From: Syntrophorhabdaceae bacterium
GTDB taxonomy: Bacteria; Desulfobacterota; Syntrophorhabdia; Syntrophorhabdales; Syntrophorhabdaceae
Length of the DNA: 64,000 bases
NCBI GenBank assembly: GCA_963666485.2
Contig: CAXXUO010000008.1
Location: 64,001-128,000 of the forward strand
Direction: 5' to 3'
How positions within the stretch are numbered: the stretch's first letter is position 1; each line of letters opens with the position of its first letter. The position numbers and the translations under genes were made by a program. Below are positions 1 through 10,356 of the stretch, piece by piece. The notes under the pieces are model-generated. The model was not told the origin of the DNA, searched no databases, and was given only the letters and a program-made list of their open reading frames with translations.

Positions 1-169
1 TCTCGACAAGTCTCTCCCCCGACGGGGAGGTTTCGACCTTAGCGGGTTCGTGGGACAACTCGCCTTCTTTTGGCTTGTCCTTGATCTTTACGCCGATCTT
101 TTTGAGCTTCGCGAGTATTTCGTCATCGCTTGCCTTATCAGTAAGAGCCGTGATCTTAATTTTCGTCAT
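1..169 (-). CDS. infB: Translation initiation factor IF-2, N-terminal part (runs off window)
   Basis: Open frame MTKIKITALTDKASDDEILAKLKKIGVKIK... starting at 169 after a purine-rich RBS, immediately downstream of nusA; the call rests mainly on rimP-nusA-infB synteny. Confidence 0.75.
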   Translation of the reverse strand, partial: MTKIKITALTDKASDDEILAKLKKIGVKIKDKPKEGELSHEPAKVETSPSGERLVE

Positions 170-197
170 TCCTGTTCCTTCCTTGCTCCCTTAAGGC

Positions 198-1634
198 TCA
201 TTCGCCGTTTGAAACGTTCGTTTCGTCCTTTTGAGCCTCTGATTCATGCCGCTCTTCCTCGAGCCGGCCCCCGGCACCTCCTTCTTCGGTTGTTGTTTCG
301 GTTGTTTCCGTGGTTGTCGTTTCAGTTGTTTCTGTCAGGGAAGCAGACACTTCCTTGTTCTCTTCAGCGGCTTGTTTCTCTTCCTGTGCCTTCTGCGCCT
401 TCTGCACCATGATCGCCCGCGCCTCGTCAATGATGCGCCTGCAATCCTCGACCGAGATGCTCGTGATCTTGTTCATCTCTTCCGGTGTCAGCTTGGCAAT
501 ATCCTTCGGATCGCGCAGGTACTCGTCGTGCAGTATGCGTGCGAGTATCTCGCTCACTTTCAGGTTCTCGATGAGTTCATCGATTATCTTCTTGGACGTC
601 TTTTCGACCTCGGATTCGCTCGAGATATCGATCTTCCAGCTTGTCAGCTTCGACGCCAGCCGGACATTCTGCCCTTTCTTGCCGATCGCGAGGGAGAGTT
701 GGTCGTCATTGACGATGATCTCCATCGAATGTTCTTCTTCGTTGATGTACACCTTCGATACCCTGGCCGGCGCGAGCGTGTTGCAGACGAACTTCGCGAT
801 ATCCTTGCTGTAGGGTATGATATCTATCTTCTCGCCCCTGAGTTCCTGGACGATGCTCTGCACGCGCGACCCCTTGACACCGACGCAAGCACCGATCGGA
901 TCGATGTCGGGATCTTCGCTGTATACCGATATCTTCGCTCGTTCGCCCGGTTCCCGTGCGGCGCCGATGATCTTTATGATCCCTTCCTGGATCTCCGGGA
1001 CCTCGAGCTCGAAAAGCTTCATGAGAAAACCGGGATGCGTCCTCGACATGAGGATCATGCACCCTTTCTGGCCCTTTTCCACGTCGAGTATCAGGCCTTT
1101 CACCCGCTCTCTCTGGCGGAAGGTCTCGCCCGGTATGACCTCCTTGTAGGGCATGATCGCTTCGGTCCTTCCGAGGTTGACTATGTAGTGGTTCTTCTCG
1201 ACCCTCTGGATGACGCCCGTTATGATCTCGCCTTTCTTGCTCTTGAACTCATTATAGATGACGTCGCTTTCCGCGTTCCTCACCTTCTGTATGATGATCT
1301 GTTTGGCGGTCTGGGCCGCGATGCGGCCAAGGGACGACGTATCGAGCTTGATGCCTATGGCGTCGCCGATCATGCATTCCGGGTCGTGTTTCCTCGCCTC
1401 TTCTTCAATGACCTCCATGTCCGGTTCATGCACTTCTTCGACAACGGTCTTGAACTGGAACACCTCTATTTCGCCCAGTTCTTCGTTATAATGGGCCTCG
1501 AGGTCCAGATGGCTGCCATATTTCTTTTTTGAAGCAGATAGAATAGCTTCCTCGAGAGCCTCGATTATCGTCTCTTTCGGGATGCCCTTTTCCTTCCCCA
1601 CCTGCTCAATGACATAATTGAGATCAAAATACAT
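198..1634 (-). CDS. nusA: Transcription termination/antitermination factor NusA, with Thr/Glu-rich C-terminal tail
   Basis: GRIAAQTAKQII, AREPGERAKI, GACVGVKGSRV, LSLAIGKKGQNVRLASKLT motifs. Confidence 0.98.
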   Translation of the reverse strand: MYFDLNYVIEQVGKEKGIPKETIIEALEEAILSASKKKYGSHLDLEAHYNEELGEIEVFQFKTVVEEVHEPDMEVIEEEARKHDPECMIGDAIGIKLDTSSLGRIAAQTAKQIIIQKVRNAESDVIYNEFKSKKGEIITGVIQRVEKNHYIVNLGRTEAIMPYKEVIPGETFRQRERVKGLILDVEKGQKGCMILMSRTHPGFLMKLFELEVPEIQEGIIKIIGAAREPGERAKISVYSEDPDIDPIGACVGVKGSRVQSIVQELRGEKIDIIPYSKDIAKFVCNTLAPARVSKVYINEEEHSMEIIVNDDQLSLAIGKKGQNVRLASKLTSWKIDISSESEVEKTSKKIIDELIENLKVSEILARILHDEYLRDPKDIAKLTPEEMNKITSISVEDCRRIIDEARAIMVQKAQKAQEEKQAAEENKEVSASLTETTETTTTETTETTTEEGGAGGRLEEERHESEAQKDETNVSNGE

Positions 1635-1636
1635 CG

Positions 1637-2107
1637 TTACTCCTCAATATCAAACTCCAAATGTGCCTTTTTTATAGCACATATCGGGATTGTAAACATA
1701 CCTATTTTTTCCTGTATCAGGAGGTCCTCAGCGGTTGTATCCGCTATCTTCCCGACGAACTCGTGCCTGCCTTCAACTTCCTCGCGGGTGATTATCCGGC
1801 ATTTCTTTCCCCGGTACCGGATGAAGTCTTCGCGTTTCTTCAAAGCCCGCGTCAAACCGGGCGAAGAGACCTCCAGGGTATACGGGTGTTCTATCGGGTC
1901 TTCGACGTCGAGCGCCCGGCTCAATTCGCGGCTGACATACTCGCAGTCGTCGATGGTGACCCCACCCTCTTTGTCAATGAAGATGCGCAGGAGCCAGCGT
2001 TTCCCCGAACTACGGAATTCCACTTCAACCAGCTCCAGAAGCCGCTCTTCAAGTATGGGTGCAACAATGGCCTCTATCTTTTCTATGGTTTCCGTGGCGG
2101 ATATCAT
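1637..2107 (-). CDS. rimP: Ribosome maturation factor RimP
   Basis: LRIFIDKEGGVTIDDC, YTLEVSSPGLTR; upstream of nusA. Confidence 0.97.
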   Translation of the reverse strand: MISATETIEKIEAIVAPILEERLLELVEVEFRSSGKRWLLRIFIDKEGGVTIDDCEYVSRELSRALDVEDPIEHPYTLEVSSPGLTRALKKREDFIRYRGKKCRIITREEVEGRHEFVGKIADTTAEDLLIQEKIGMFTIPICAIKKAHLEFDIEE

Positions 2108-2274
2108 CCTGGCTAAAAATTAAAAAAGCGGGCGGAACCCACTTTACGCTCATTCTTTTATCATAGATTTCGAGGGAATGCAATGATAAATACCAGCATT
2201 TTTATTGACTTTGCCATGACCGGAGGTTAAAACGAGAGGAAAGAAAAAGGATCCCGGGCATATAGACCGATATC

Positions 2275-3282
2275 ATGTACACCTATCGTTCCTATAATAA
2301 TCCGAAGCGGGTACTGGTGACAGGAGGGGCCGGTTTTATCGGCTCGCACCTGTGCGAGCGGCTTCTCGGTGACGGTCACGAGGTGATATGCCTCGACAAC
2401 TTCTTTACCGGGACCAAGAAGAATATAGAACACCTCATCGGATCGGCCCGGTTCGAGGCGGTCCGGCACGACATAACGCAGCCCGTCCTCCTCGAAGTGG
2501 ACTGGATATTCAACCTTGCCTGTCCCGCCAGCCCCATTCATTACCAGTACAACCCGGTGAAGACCATAAAGGTAAACGTCCTCGGTGCGCTCAATATCCT
2601 CGGCCTCGCAAAGAGGGTCCGGGCACGCGTGTTCCAGGCATCGACGAGCGAGATCTATGGCGATCCCGAGGTCCATCCCCAGACAGAAAACTACTGGGGA
2701 CATGTGAACCCCATCGGGAAGCGCAGCTGCTACGACGAGGGCAAGCGTGTGGCCGAGACCCTTTTCTTCGATTACATGCGGCAAAACAAGGTCGACATCA
2801 AGGTCGCCCGTATCTTCAACACGTACGGCCCGAGAATGCAGCCCGATGACGGGCGGGTCGTAAGCAATTTCATTGTCCAGGCGCTTGCCGGGAACCCCGT
2901 GACGATCTACGGCGACGGTTCGCAGACGCGTTCATTCACGTACATCGACGACATGATCGAGGCGATCATCCGTTTCATGGACTTCGAGACAAGCGGCGCC
3001 GTGAAGCCGGACGACTACACGGCCCCGGTTTTATCCGGTTTCCCCGGCCCCGTCAATCTCGGAAACCCCGACGAAACATCGATCGCCGACATCGCCCGGA
3101 CGGTTATCAACCTTACCGGTTCATCATCCGTCATCATTCACGAAAAACTCCCCGAGGACGACCCCCGGCAGCGCTGTCCCGACATCGCCCTCGCTAAGAA
3201 CACGCTTGGCTGGAACCCCGTGACAAAACTCGATGCGGGCCTCAAAAAAACGATAGAATATTTCCGGAAGGTAATGGCATGA
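2275..3282 (+). CDS. UDP-glucuronic acid decarboxylase (UDP-xylose synthase) family SDR
   Basis: [48 protein letters not shown]. Confidence 0.93.
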   Translation: MYTYRSYNNPKRVLVTGGAGFIGSHLCERLLGDGHEVICLDNFFTGTKKNIEHLIGSARFEAVRHDITQPVLLEVDWIFNLACPASPIHYQYNPVKTIKVNVLGALNILGLAKRVRARVFQASTSEIYGDPEVHPQTENYWGHVNPIGKRSCYDEGKRVAETLFFDYMRQNKVDIKVARIFNTYGPRMQPDDGRVVSNFIVQALAGNPVTIYGDGSQTRSFTYIDDMIEAIIRFMDFETSGAVKPDDYTAPVLSGFPGPVNLGNPDETSIADIARTVINLTGSSSVIIHEKLPEDDPRQRCPDIALAKNTLGWNPVTKLDAGLKKTIEYFRKVMA

Positions 3283-3524
3283 CCCGCGAAGAGCAGCTTA
3301 TCAGGGACGGCTGGGAAAAAAGGTTCATCGCCTGCGAGCCGAGGCTCACCGAGATGGCCGACATGTACCGGGAGATCGGCTTTGAAGTGCTCCTCGAACC
3401 CCTGCCCCCCAAAGAAGAAACCGCCGATACGGACTGTGACAGCTGCGATGAAAAAGGCTGTACCGTCTGCTACGACGCCGACACGGAGCGGTACAGGGTC
3501 ATATACACGAAAAGAAAAGAATAG
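3279..3524 (+). CDS. Small hypothetical protein with Cys cluster (CDSC...CTVC)
   Basis: 81 aa ORF, ATGA-coupled to upstream stop. Confidence 0.7.
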   Translation: MTREEQLIRDGWEKRFIACEPRLTEMADMYREIGFEVLLEPLPPKEETADTDCDSCDEKGCTVCYDADTERYRVIYTKRKE

Positions 3525-3737
3525 TTCAAGGTTCAAAGTTCAAGGTTCAAAGAAAGAACTAAAAGACTCCTTTATCGTCATTCCGGCGAAGAGTCTGAGC
3601 CCCAACCACTTAATGCCGTCATTCCGGCTTGCCGGAATGACGATGGCGTGGTGGATTCCGGCGTCAAGCACGGAACTACGCGAGAACCGACTATAGCGAT
3701 CGCTTTTTCCTTGAACCTTGAACCTTGAACCTTGAAC
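3524..3737. repeat. Inverted heptamer tandem arms (GTTCAAG)n...(CTTGAAC)4 enclosing a CGTC-type palindrome cluster (3576-3680)
   Basis: Read directly; lies between convergent genes. Confidence 0.9.
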
Positions 3738-4009
3738 TATTTTTTAAACAGTTCTTTCCACTTCTTCTCCGCTTCCTCTTTCGCCGACGCGGCGGCCTTG
3801 CGCTCGGTGAAGCGGAAGTACTCGCAGAAGTTGGCCCTGTCCTTTTCTTTTACGAAATCTGCCTTGTCCTCCCTGCAGGAGTTGGATTTACCGGTGTCGT
3901 AAAAGATACAGTTCAGACATACGTGGAGGTCTTCGTGACATACCGGGCATTCATCCCGGAATGATATTGTGTCGCTTTCAATCGGCGTGCCGCACTTGTT
4001 GCATTTCAT
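3737..4009 (-). CDS. Small Cys-rich putative metal-binding protein
   Basis: CxxC x3 plus C...NFCEYF; stop-adjacent to HAD gene. Confidence 0.75.
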   Translation of the reverse strand: MKCNKCGTPIESDTISFRDECPVCHEDLHVCLNCIFYDTGKSNSCREDKADFVKEKDRANFCEYFRFTERKAAASAKEEAEKKWKELFKK

Positions 4010-4642
4010 TTAAAGCACCTCGAGGAGTTCCTTAAGGCCCGATATGGTCCGTCTTTCACCGGTATCCAGGGATCCGTTTATGTGATAAGACTCTATGCCG
4101 AGGCCGGCCGGGACGTCGTGATCGAACACCGGGTGATCTCCCACGTGGACCATGTCCCCCGATATGATCCCCATGTCGGCACAGAGCCTCCGGAAAAAAC
4201 CCTCTTCCTTCTTGATCATCCCGTAGTCGGTCGTCGCGGAGACAATACGGGTGAACAGACTGGCGATCCCCGTGTGATCGAGTTCCTTCTCCACGAATAT
4301 CCGCGCCGCATTGGAGGCTATGACCAGCGTGTAACGGCTGTGAAGCTCGCGAAGGACCTCGGCGGCATCCGGCATGAGGCTTATATACGATTCATACCTC
4401 GCGAGCAACTCTTCCGCCCCGACGTTCAAGGAGAAGCGTTTCAGCCAGTGCCTGATCTCGTACCAGAGGATATCGCCGTCCCCGACCGATTCATACTGGG
4501 CCCGGATATAACTCTTCGCTTCTTCGAACGTCATGCCGTACGCCTTCGCGTATTCGTCCGGTATGCCGTGGTTCCAGACCATGTCACCATAGCGGGCGTC
4601 TACGAGCGTCCCGTCGAGATCGAATGAGATAACCTTTTTCAT
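4010..4642 (-). CDS. HAD-superfamily hydrolase
   Basis: FDLDGTL motif I, SN motif II, HVGDHPVFD motif IV; start trimmed to MKKVISF. Confidence 0.92.
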   Translation of the reverse strand: MKKVISFDLDGTLVDARYGDMVWNHGIPDEYAKAYGMTFEEAKSYIRAQYESVGDGDILWYEIRHWLKRFSLNVGAEELLARYESYISLMPDAAEVLRELHSRYTLVIASNAARIFVEKELDHTGIASLFTRIVSATTDYGMIKKEEGFFRRLCADMGIISGDMVHVGDHPVFDHDVPAGLGIESYHINGSLDTGERRTISGLKELLEVL

Positions 4643-4768
4643 GGCGATTATTATACCAGATTCCCCCGGGTTTTTCCGGTAGGGCCGGGACCCGCGAAAA
4701 ACATTGCTTTCGGGTGGCAAGTTTGTTTTATTTAAATATCAGGCCAATAAACTCCACGGAGGAAGAAG

Positions 4769-5899
4769 ATGAAGAGAATACTCTGTGTCATGATCGCACT
4801 ATGCCTCTTTGTACCGGCGGGAGGGGTGGCCATTGCGAAGGAAACTGTTAAGGTCGGCCTTATCACTCCGCTCACAGGGGACGTGAAGACCTTCGGTGAA
4901 TCCATCAAAAACGCCTTCGCTATTGCAGTCGAAGAATATAATAAGAAAGGGAAATACACGGTCCAGACGGTCATTGCCGACGACCGCAACGACCCCACGG
5001 AAGGGGCGAACGCGGCCTTGAAGCTCGTCACCCAGGATAAAGTGGCGGCGATCATCGGCCCCGCCACATCCAAGGTCGCCATACCGGTAAGCGTCATTTC
5101 GACACAGAACAAGGTCCCCATGATAACAGGCACGGCGACGAACCCCAAGGTGACGGTGTCCGAAGGCAAGAGAAAACCGTATATCTTCAGGGCATGTTTC
5201 ATCGACCCGTTCCAGGGCGTCGTGGCAGCCAATTTTGCCTTAAAGGACCTCAAGGCGAAAACCGCTGCCGTTCTTTACGATGTAAGCAACGATTACTCCA
5301 AGGGCCTGGGAGAATATTTCAAGGCCACGTTTACGAAGAACAATGGAAAGATCGTGGCGTTCGAATCATACCAGAAGGACGATGTCGATTTCTCTGCCCT
5401 GATCACGAAGGTCGCCCTCAAGAAGCCGGACGTCGTCTTCCTCCCGGATTATTACAACAAGGTGGCGCTCATCGCGAGGCAGCTGCGCGAGAAGGGCGTC
5501 AAGGCTTCGCTCGTCGGCTCGGACGGATGGGATTCGCCCGAGCTTGTCAAGATCGGCGGAACCTCGATCATCGGCGGGTATTTCGTCAGCCACTATTCCC
5601 CCGACCGCAAGGACCCGGTCGCCGAGGCGTTCATCAAGAAATATAAGGCGCGCCACGGCATGGTGCCGGACGCCCTGGCTGCACTGACGTATGATGCCGC
5701 GGGGATCCTTTTCAAGGCCCTCGACGCCGCGAAAAATCCCCGGTCAGAGGAGCTTCTCAAGGTCCTCGCCCCGACAAAGGGCTACAAGGGTGTGACAGGG
5801 ACCATCAGTTTCGATGCAAACGGGGATGCTGTCAAGTCCGCGGTCATTCTCAAGGTTGAGCAAAGCGGTTTCAAGTACACGACGACAGTGAACCCTTAA
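4769..5899 (+). CDS. livK: Branched-chain amino acid ABC transporter substrate-binding protein
   Basis: Signal peptide, KVGLITPLTG, FRACFIDPFQG, GSDGWDS. Confidence 0.9.
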   Translation: MKRILCVMIALCLFVPAGGVAIAKETVKVGLITPLTGDVKTFGESIKNAFAIAVEEYNKKGKYTVQTVIADDRNDPTEGANAALKLVTQDKVAAIIGPATSKVAIPVSVISTQNKVPMITGTATNPKVTVSEGKRKPYIFRACFIDPFQGVVAANFALKDLKAKTAAVLYDVSNDYSKGLGEYFKATFTKNNGKIVAFESYQKDDVDFSALITKVALKKPDVVFLPDYYNKVALIARQLREKGVKASLVGSDGWDSPELVKIGGTSIIGGYFVSHYSPDRKDPVAEAFIKKYKARHGMVPDALAALTYDAAGILFKALDAAKNPRSEELLKVLAPTKGYKGVTGTISFDANGDAVKSAVILKVEQSGFKYTTTVNP

Positions 5900-5918
5900 A
5901 CTCGCGGCATATGTCCCG

Positions 5919-6821
5919 ATGGAGCAAGCCAGCTACATAGTCGCCCAGGTTATCAACGGCCTCCAGCTCGGCGCAGTGTATGCGCTCATTGCCCTCGGCT
6001 ACACCATGGTCTACGGCATCCTGAGGCTGATAAACTTCGCCCACGGGGACATCTTCATGCTGGGCGCGTTCGTCGCCTATTTCCTTATCTCCCGCTTCGG
6101 CATGCCCATATACCTCGTTTTCCTCGCGACCATGGCGGTCACGGCCCTTTCCGGGTACCTCATGGAAAAGATCGCTTACAAACCGCTTCGGAATGCGCCG
6201 AAGATATCGCTTCTCATCACCGCGGTCGGCGTATCGCTCTTTCTCGAGTATTTCTGCAGCTTGAGGCCGATATTCACACCCGATTACATAGGCTTTCCCC
6301 GTCCATTCGAGGTAGAGAGCTATAACTTTTCCATGGGCGGGCTCGAGTTTTCCTTCACCAATGTACAGGTGCTCATCTTTGCGATCACATTCTCGGCGCT
6401 GGTGCTCCTGTACCTTCTCATTTACAAAACAAAACAGGGGCAGGCTATGCGGGCCGTCTCCTATGACCGGGAGACCGCCGCGCTCATGGGGATAAACATT
6501 GACAACACGATATCTCTTACGTTCATGGTGGGCGCGGCGCTCGCGGGCATGGGAGGCATTCTCTACGGGATCGCCTACCCCCAGATAAATGTGTTCATGG
6601 GGATCATGCCGGGCATCAAGTCATTCATCGCGGCGGTCCTCGGGGGGATAGGCGTTATTCACGGTGCCGTGATCGGCGGTCTTATCGTCGGTGTGTCGGA
6701 GGTCATTGTGTCCGCTTTCCTTTCTTCGACATACAGGGACGGGGTCATTTTCATCATCCTCCTCATCGTCCTGCTCGTCAAGCCGAGCGGCATCTTTGGA
6801 AAGAGGATCGACAAGGTATGA
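5919..6821 (+). CDS. livH: BCAA ABC transporter permease
   Basis: YALIALGYTMVYGILRLINFAHGD. Confidence 0.93.
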   Translation: MEQASYIVAQVINGLQLGAVYALIALGYTMVYGILRLINFAHGDIFMLGAFVAYFLISRFGMPIYLVFLATMAVTALSGYLMEKIAYKPLRNAPKISLLITAVGVSLFLEYFCSLRPIFTPDYIGFPRPFEVESYNFSMGGLEFSFTNVQVLIFAITFSALVLLYLLIYKTKQGQAMRAVSYDRETAALMGINIDNTISLTFMVGAALAGMGGILYGIAYPQINVFMGIMPGIKSFIAAVLGGIGVIHGAVIGGLIVGVSEVIVSAFLSSTYRDGVIFIILLIVLLVKPSGIFGKRIDKV

Positions 6822-7756
6822 GATTTTTCTTCGAATCGAAGAAGCTCATCCTCCTTGCCCTGGCCATCTATATTGTGCTGCGGCTCACCTTCAGCTTCGG
6901 GATCTTCTCGGAGTACATCCAGCAGATCACCATCTACGTCTTCATCGTCATCCTCGCGGCCACAGGCCTCAATGTCATCTACGGCTACACCGGGCAATTT
7001 TCGCTCGGCCACGCCGCGTTTTACGGCATCGGAGCATACACCTCAGCCTACATTGCAAGTACGTCAGGCCTGGAAAGCACCCTCTTCTTTCCCCTCACGA
7101 TCCTTGCGGGAGGCGCGGCTGCCGCCATCGTCGCCTGCATCATCGGGATACCGATCTTGCGGCTGCGTGACGATTTCCTCGGGATCGCGACGCTCGGGTT
7201 CGGGATCCTCGTGCGCGTGTTCTTCGACAACTCCGACAAGATATCGGAGACCCTCGGCGGTTCACGCGGCTTTACAGGCATCCCGCGGCTGACGAACCTG
7301 GAGATAGCTTTTTTTGTCACGGTTTTCCTGCTCCTGGTCACCAGGAACCTCATCACCTCGCGGTACGGGCTATTCTGGCGATGTATCAGGGAAGATGAAA
7401 CGGCGAGCGCGTCGGTCGGGATAGACACGGCCCGCATGAAGCTCATGGCTTTTGTCTACGGCTGCTTCCTTGCCGGTGTCGCAGGGGCACTCTACGCGCA
7501 TCTTTACACTTTTCTCCACCCTTCCAACTTCGATTTCCTCAGGTCCATCGATTTTCTGATCATTGTCATCCTGGGAGGCATGGGGAACATTGCCGGCACG
7601 ATCTATGCCGTGCTTCTGTGGGTGGGCTTCATCGAGGGCCTCAGGATCGTCCTTCCTGCGAACATCCTTGACCTGAGGTGGGTTTTCATACCGCTTATGC
7701 TGATCATGCTCATGATGTGGAGGCCGTACGGTCTCATGACGCGGAAAAAGAGGTGA
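6818..7756 (+). CDS. livM: BCAA ABC transporter permease
   Basis: GYTGQFSLGHAAFYGIGAY, LRLRDDFLGIATLGFG. Confidence 0.92.
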   Translation: MRFFFESKKLILLALAIYIVLRLTFSFGIFSEYIQQITIYVFIVILAATGLNVIYGYTGQFSLGHAAFYGIGAYTSAYIASTSGLESTLFFPLTILAGGAAAAIVACIIGIPILRLRDDFLGIATLGFGILVRVFFDNSDKISETLGGSRGFTGIPRLTNLEIAFFVTVFLLLVTRNLITSRYGLFWRCIREDETASASVGIDTARMKLMAFVYGCFLAGVAGALYAHLYTFLHPSNFDFLRSIDFLIIVILGGMGNIAGTIYAVLLWVGFIEGLRIVLPANILDLRWVFIPLMLIMLMMWRPYGLMTRKKR

Positions 7757-7766
7757 AAAAGACGCC

Positions 7767-8540
7767 ATGACCGGACTTCTTGAAGTGGACAGGCTGATGA
7801 AGAGTTTCGGCGGCGTTCAAGCCGTAGGCGGCATCTCCTTTTCCGTCAGGCAGGGGGAGACCCTCGGCATTATCGGCCCCAACGGTGCGGGAAAGACAAC
7901 GGTCTTTAATCTCATCACCCGTTTTTACACCCCCGACAGCGGCGACATACGCTACATGGGAAAGTCGGTCACGCACATGCCTCCCTACAAGCTGGCGCGG
8001 CTCGGCATTGGCAGGACGTTCCAGAACCTGAGGCTCTTCAAGGAACTGAGCGTCCTTGAAAATATAACGTCGGCCTACTTAAGCGGTAATCGCTACAGCC
8101 CCTTCGCAGGGATCTTCAGGACGCGCAGGCAATTGGCCGTCGAGAAAAAGGCCGAAATAAAGGCATGGACGCTTATAGATTTCCTCGGCCTCTCCGGGAA
8201 AGAACATGCGCCGGCGGCGAGCCTTCCCTACGGGGAGCAGCGCAGGCTGGAACTCGCGAGGGCACTGGCCATCGAGCCGAAGCTGCTCCTTATAGACGAG
8301 CCCGGTGCGGGAATGAACCCGCGAGAGATCCAGGACCTCGTCCTGACATTGCGGGAGGTCAAGGAAAGGTTCGGGCTCACCATTGTCATGATCGAACACC
8401 AGATGAGGCTTGTGATGAACATCTCCGACCGGATCGTGGTCATGGACTTCGGTGAAAAGATCATGGAGGGAACGCCAGCCGAGGTAAAAAAAGACCGGCG
8501 GGTCATCGAGGCTTACCTCGGCGAGGACGGGAACGCATGA
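7767..8540 (+). CDS. livG: BCAA ABC transporter ATP-binding protein
   Basis: GPNGAGKTT, LPYGEQRRLELARAL. Confidence 0.93.
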   Translation: MTGLLEVDRLMKSFGGVQAVGGISFSVRQGETLGIIGPNGAGKTTVFNLITRFYTPDSGDIRYMGKSVTHMPPYKLARLGIGRTFQNLRLFKELSVLENITSAYLSGNRYSPFAGIFRTRRQLAVEKKAEIKAWTLIDFLGLSGKEHAPAASLPYGEQRRLELARALAIEPKLLLIDEPGAGMNPREIQDLVLTLREVKERFGLTIVMIEHQMRLVMNISDRIVVMDFGEKIMEGTPAEVKKDRRVIEAYLGEDGNA

Positions 8541-9262
8541 ACGACAAGCCCGTCATGCTGGCTATCAGCGGCCTGAACGTTTCCTACGGCATCATCGGGG
8601 CCCTCGACAACGTGAGCCTTGATGTGCGCAGGGGTGAGATATTGTCCGTCATCGGGGCAAACGGCGCCGGGAAATCGACCCTGCTCAAAACAATAACGGG
8701 GATCGTATGGCCGGCATCCGGCAGCATTGATTTCGAGGGAAGAAACATAACCGGTCTGAGGACGGACCGGATAGTGAGGATGGGGATCACCATGGTCCCC
8801 GAAGGCAGGAGGATCTTCCCGGACCTTACGGTCAAGGAAAACCTCGAGCTTGGCGGGTACTCCCAACCGGACAAAAAGATTCACGGCGACCTTTTCGATC
8901 TCATTGTCATGACCTTCCCGCGCCTCAAGGAACGGATGACGCAGCATGCAGGGACGCTTTCGGGAGGGGAACAGCAGATGCTGGCCATGGGCAGGGCGCT
9001 CATGTCCGACCCAAGGCTGCTCCTGCTGGACGAGCCGTCAATGGGCCTGTCCCCGATAATCACGCGCGAGATATTTTCACTCATAACGAAGATCAACAGG
9101 GAAAAGAACATTACGATGGTCCTTGTCGAACAGAATGCCCACATGGCCTTGGAACACTCGCACAGGGCGTGCGTCCTGGAGAACGGGCGCATGACCCTCG
9201 TCGGACTGTCGGGCGATATCAAGCATGATCCCCGGGTCGTAGAGGCGTATCTCGGGGTGTGA
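8537..9262 (+). CDS. livF: BCAA ABC transporter ATP-binding protein
   Basis: GANGAGKST, LSGGEQQMLAMGRAL, DEPSMGL. Confidence 0.93.
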   Translation: MNDKPVMLAISGLNVSYGIIGALDNVSLDVRRGEILSVIGANGAGKSTLLKTITGIVWPASGSIDFEGRNITGLRTDRIVRMGITMVPEGRRIFPDLTVKENLELGGYSQPDKKIHGDLFDLIVMTFPRLKERMTQHAGTLSGGEQQMLAMGRALMSDPRLLLLDEPSMGLSPIITREIFSLITKINREKNITMVLVEQNAHMALEHSHRACVLENGRMTLVGLSGDIKHDPRVVEAYLGV

Positions 9263-9312
9263 CGGGGCAGCCTGTGTTTTTCCCTTCGTTCGTGTTATAA
9301 CATTCTCGGCAC

Positions 9313-10356
9313 ATGAAAAGAAGAATCCGCGACATTCATGACATTGCGGCAGAGCAGAAGGTGCCTGTCCTCCGTATGATGGATTTTACGGACAGCGTGA
9401 ACCCTCTCGGGCCTTCATCGGCTGCCAGGAGCGCGCTCAGGAAGTCTGTCAGGATGCTCGCGAGGCCTGTCGACGACGGGGCCCGTTACCTGACACGCGC
9501 AATAGCCCGAGCAAGCGATGTCCCCGGGGAGAATATCCTCGTGTCGGGCGGCATCGAAGAGCTTTTCACAGCGATCGTCCGGGCGCTTGGCCTTAAGACG
9601 CTGCTTGTGTGCGCCCCGTATCCCGCGTATTACCGGAAGATCCTGGAATACCCTATCGATTTTCATTTCCTTGAGCTCAGGGAAAACGAACGCTTTAACC
9701 TCGATCCCGGGGCCTGGGAAAAGGCCCTGGCCGGATGCGATGCCGCCATCGTCCCCTACCCGTCTTTTATATCGGAGAGGTCCCTCGCCCGTGATGACCT
9801 GGCAAGAATGATCACTTTCGCCAAAGACCGCGGGACGAGGCTCATCATCGACGAGACCCTCCTCGGTTATGCCGGTGCCGCCCCGGCGGCGAGGGACATA
9901 ACCGGTGAGCCGCAATGCCTCGTTGTCTCGTCGATGACAGAATACTATGCACTTCCGGGACTGCCTGTCGCGTATTGCATCGGCGACACCGCGACCCTTC
10001 GTTCCATCAGGCAGGGCTCTCCCGTGTATCCGCCGTCCACCCCGGCGGCCGCTGCCGCGACTGCATCCCTTCGGGACAGGGATTATCCCCGGCGCACACG
10101 TTCATACATCGCACAGGAGCGCGTTTTTATCGAAGACAACCTCGGGAAGATACCGGGGGTATCATTTTACGGAACGTCATGCGGTTCATTCATCGTGCAA
10201 TGCGAACAGGCCCGATCGGGCACGGATGTCTTTTCCCGGTACAACATTGTCGTGGATGAGATATCCGGTTCTTTGTTCTTTCCGGTCAAGGACCACAAAT
10301 GGAATGCGCGCTACCTTAAAACATTGAAAAATATTGTGGGGGGATCACATCAATGA
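9313..10356 (+). CDS. CobD/HisC-like aminotransferase class I/II fold protein with degenerate PLP site
   Basis: DFTDSVNPLGP N-terminus, IIDETL, SMTEYYALPGLP where the family has S(L/M)TKxxxLPGLR. Confidence 0.8.
   Translation: MKRRIRDIHDIAAEQKVPVLRMMDFTDSVNPLGPSSAARSALRKSVRMLARPVDDGARYLTRAIARASDVPGENILVSGGIEELFTAIVRALGLKTLLVCAPYPAYYRKILEYPIDFHFLELRENERFNLDPGAWEKALAGCDAAIVPYPSFISERSLARDDLARMITFAKDRGTRLIIDETLLGYAGAAPAARDITGEPQCLVVSSMTEYYALPGLPVAYCIGDTATLRSIRQGSPVYPPSTPAAAAATASLRDRDYPRRTRSYIAQERVFIEDNLGKIPGVSFYGTSCGSFIVQCEQARSGTDVFSRYNIVVDEISGSLFFPVKDHKWNARYLKTLKNIVGGSHQ

Noticed and set aside
3382..3696. Short ORFs containing FKVQGSK, NLEL, VERGTW or LTPYA peptides
   Set aside because: Translations of the heptamer repeats, not credible genes.
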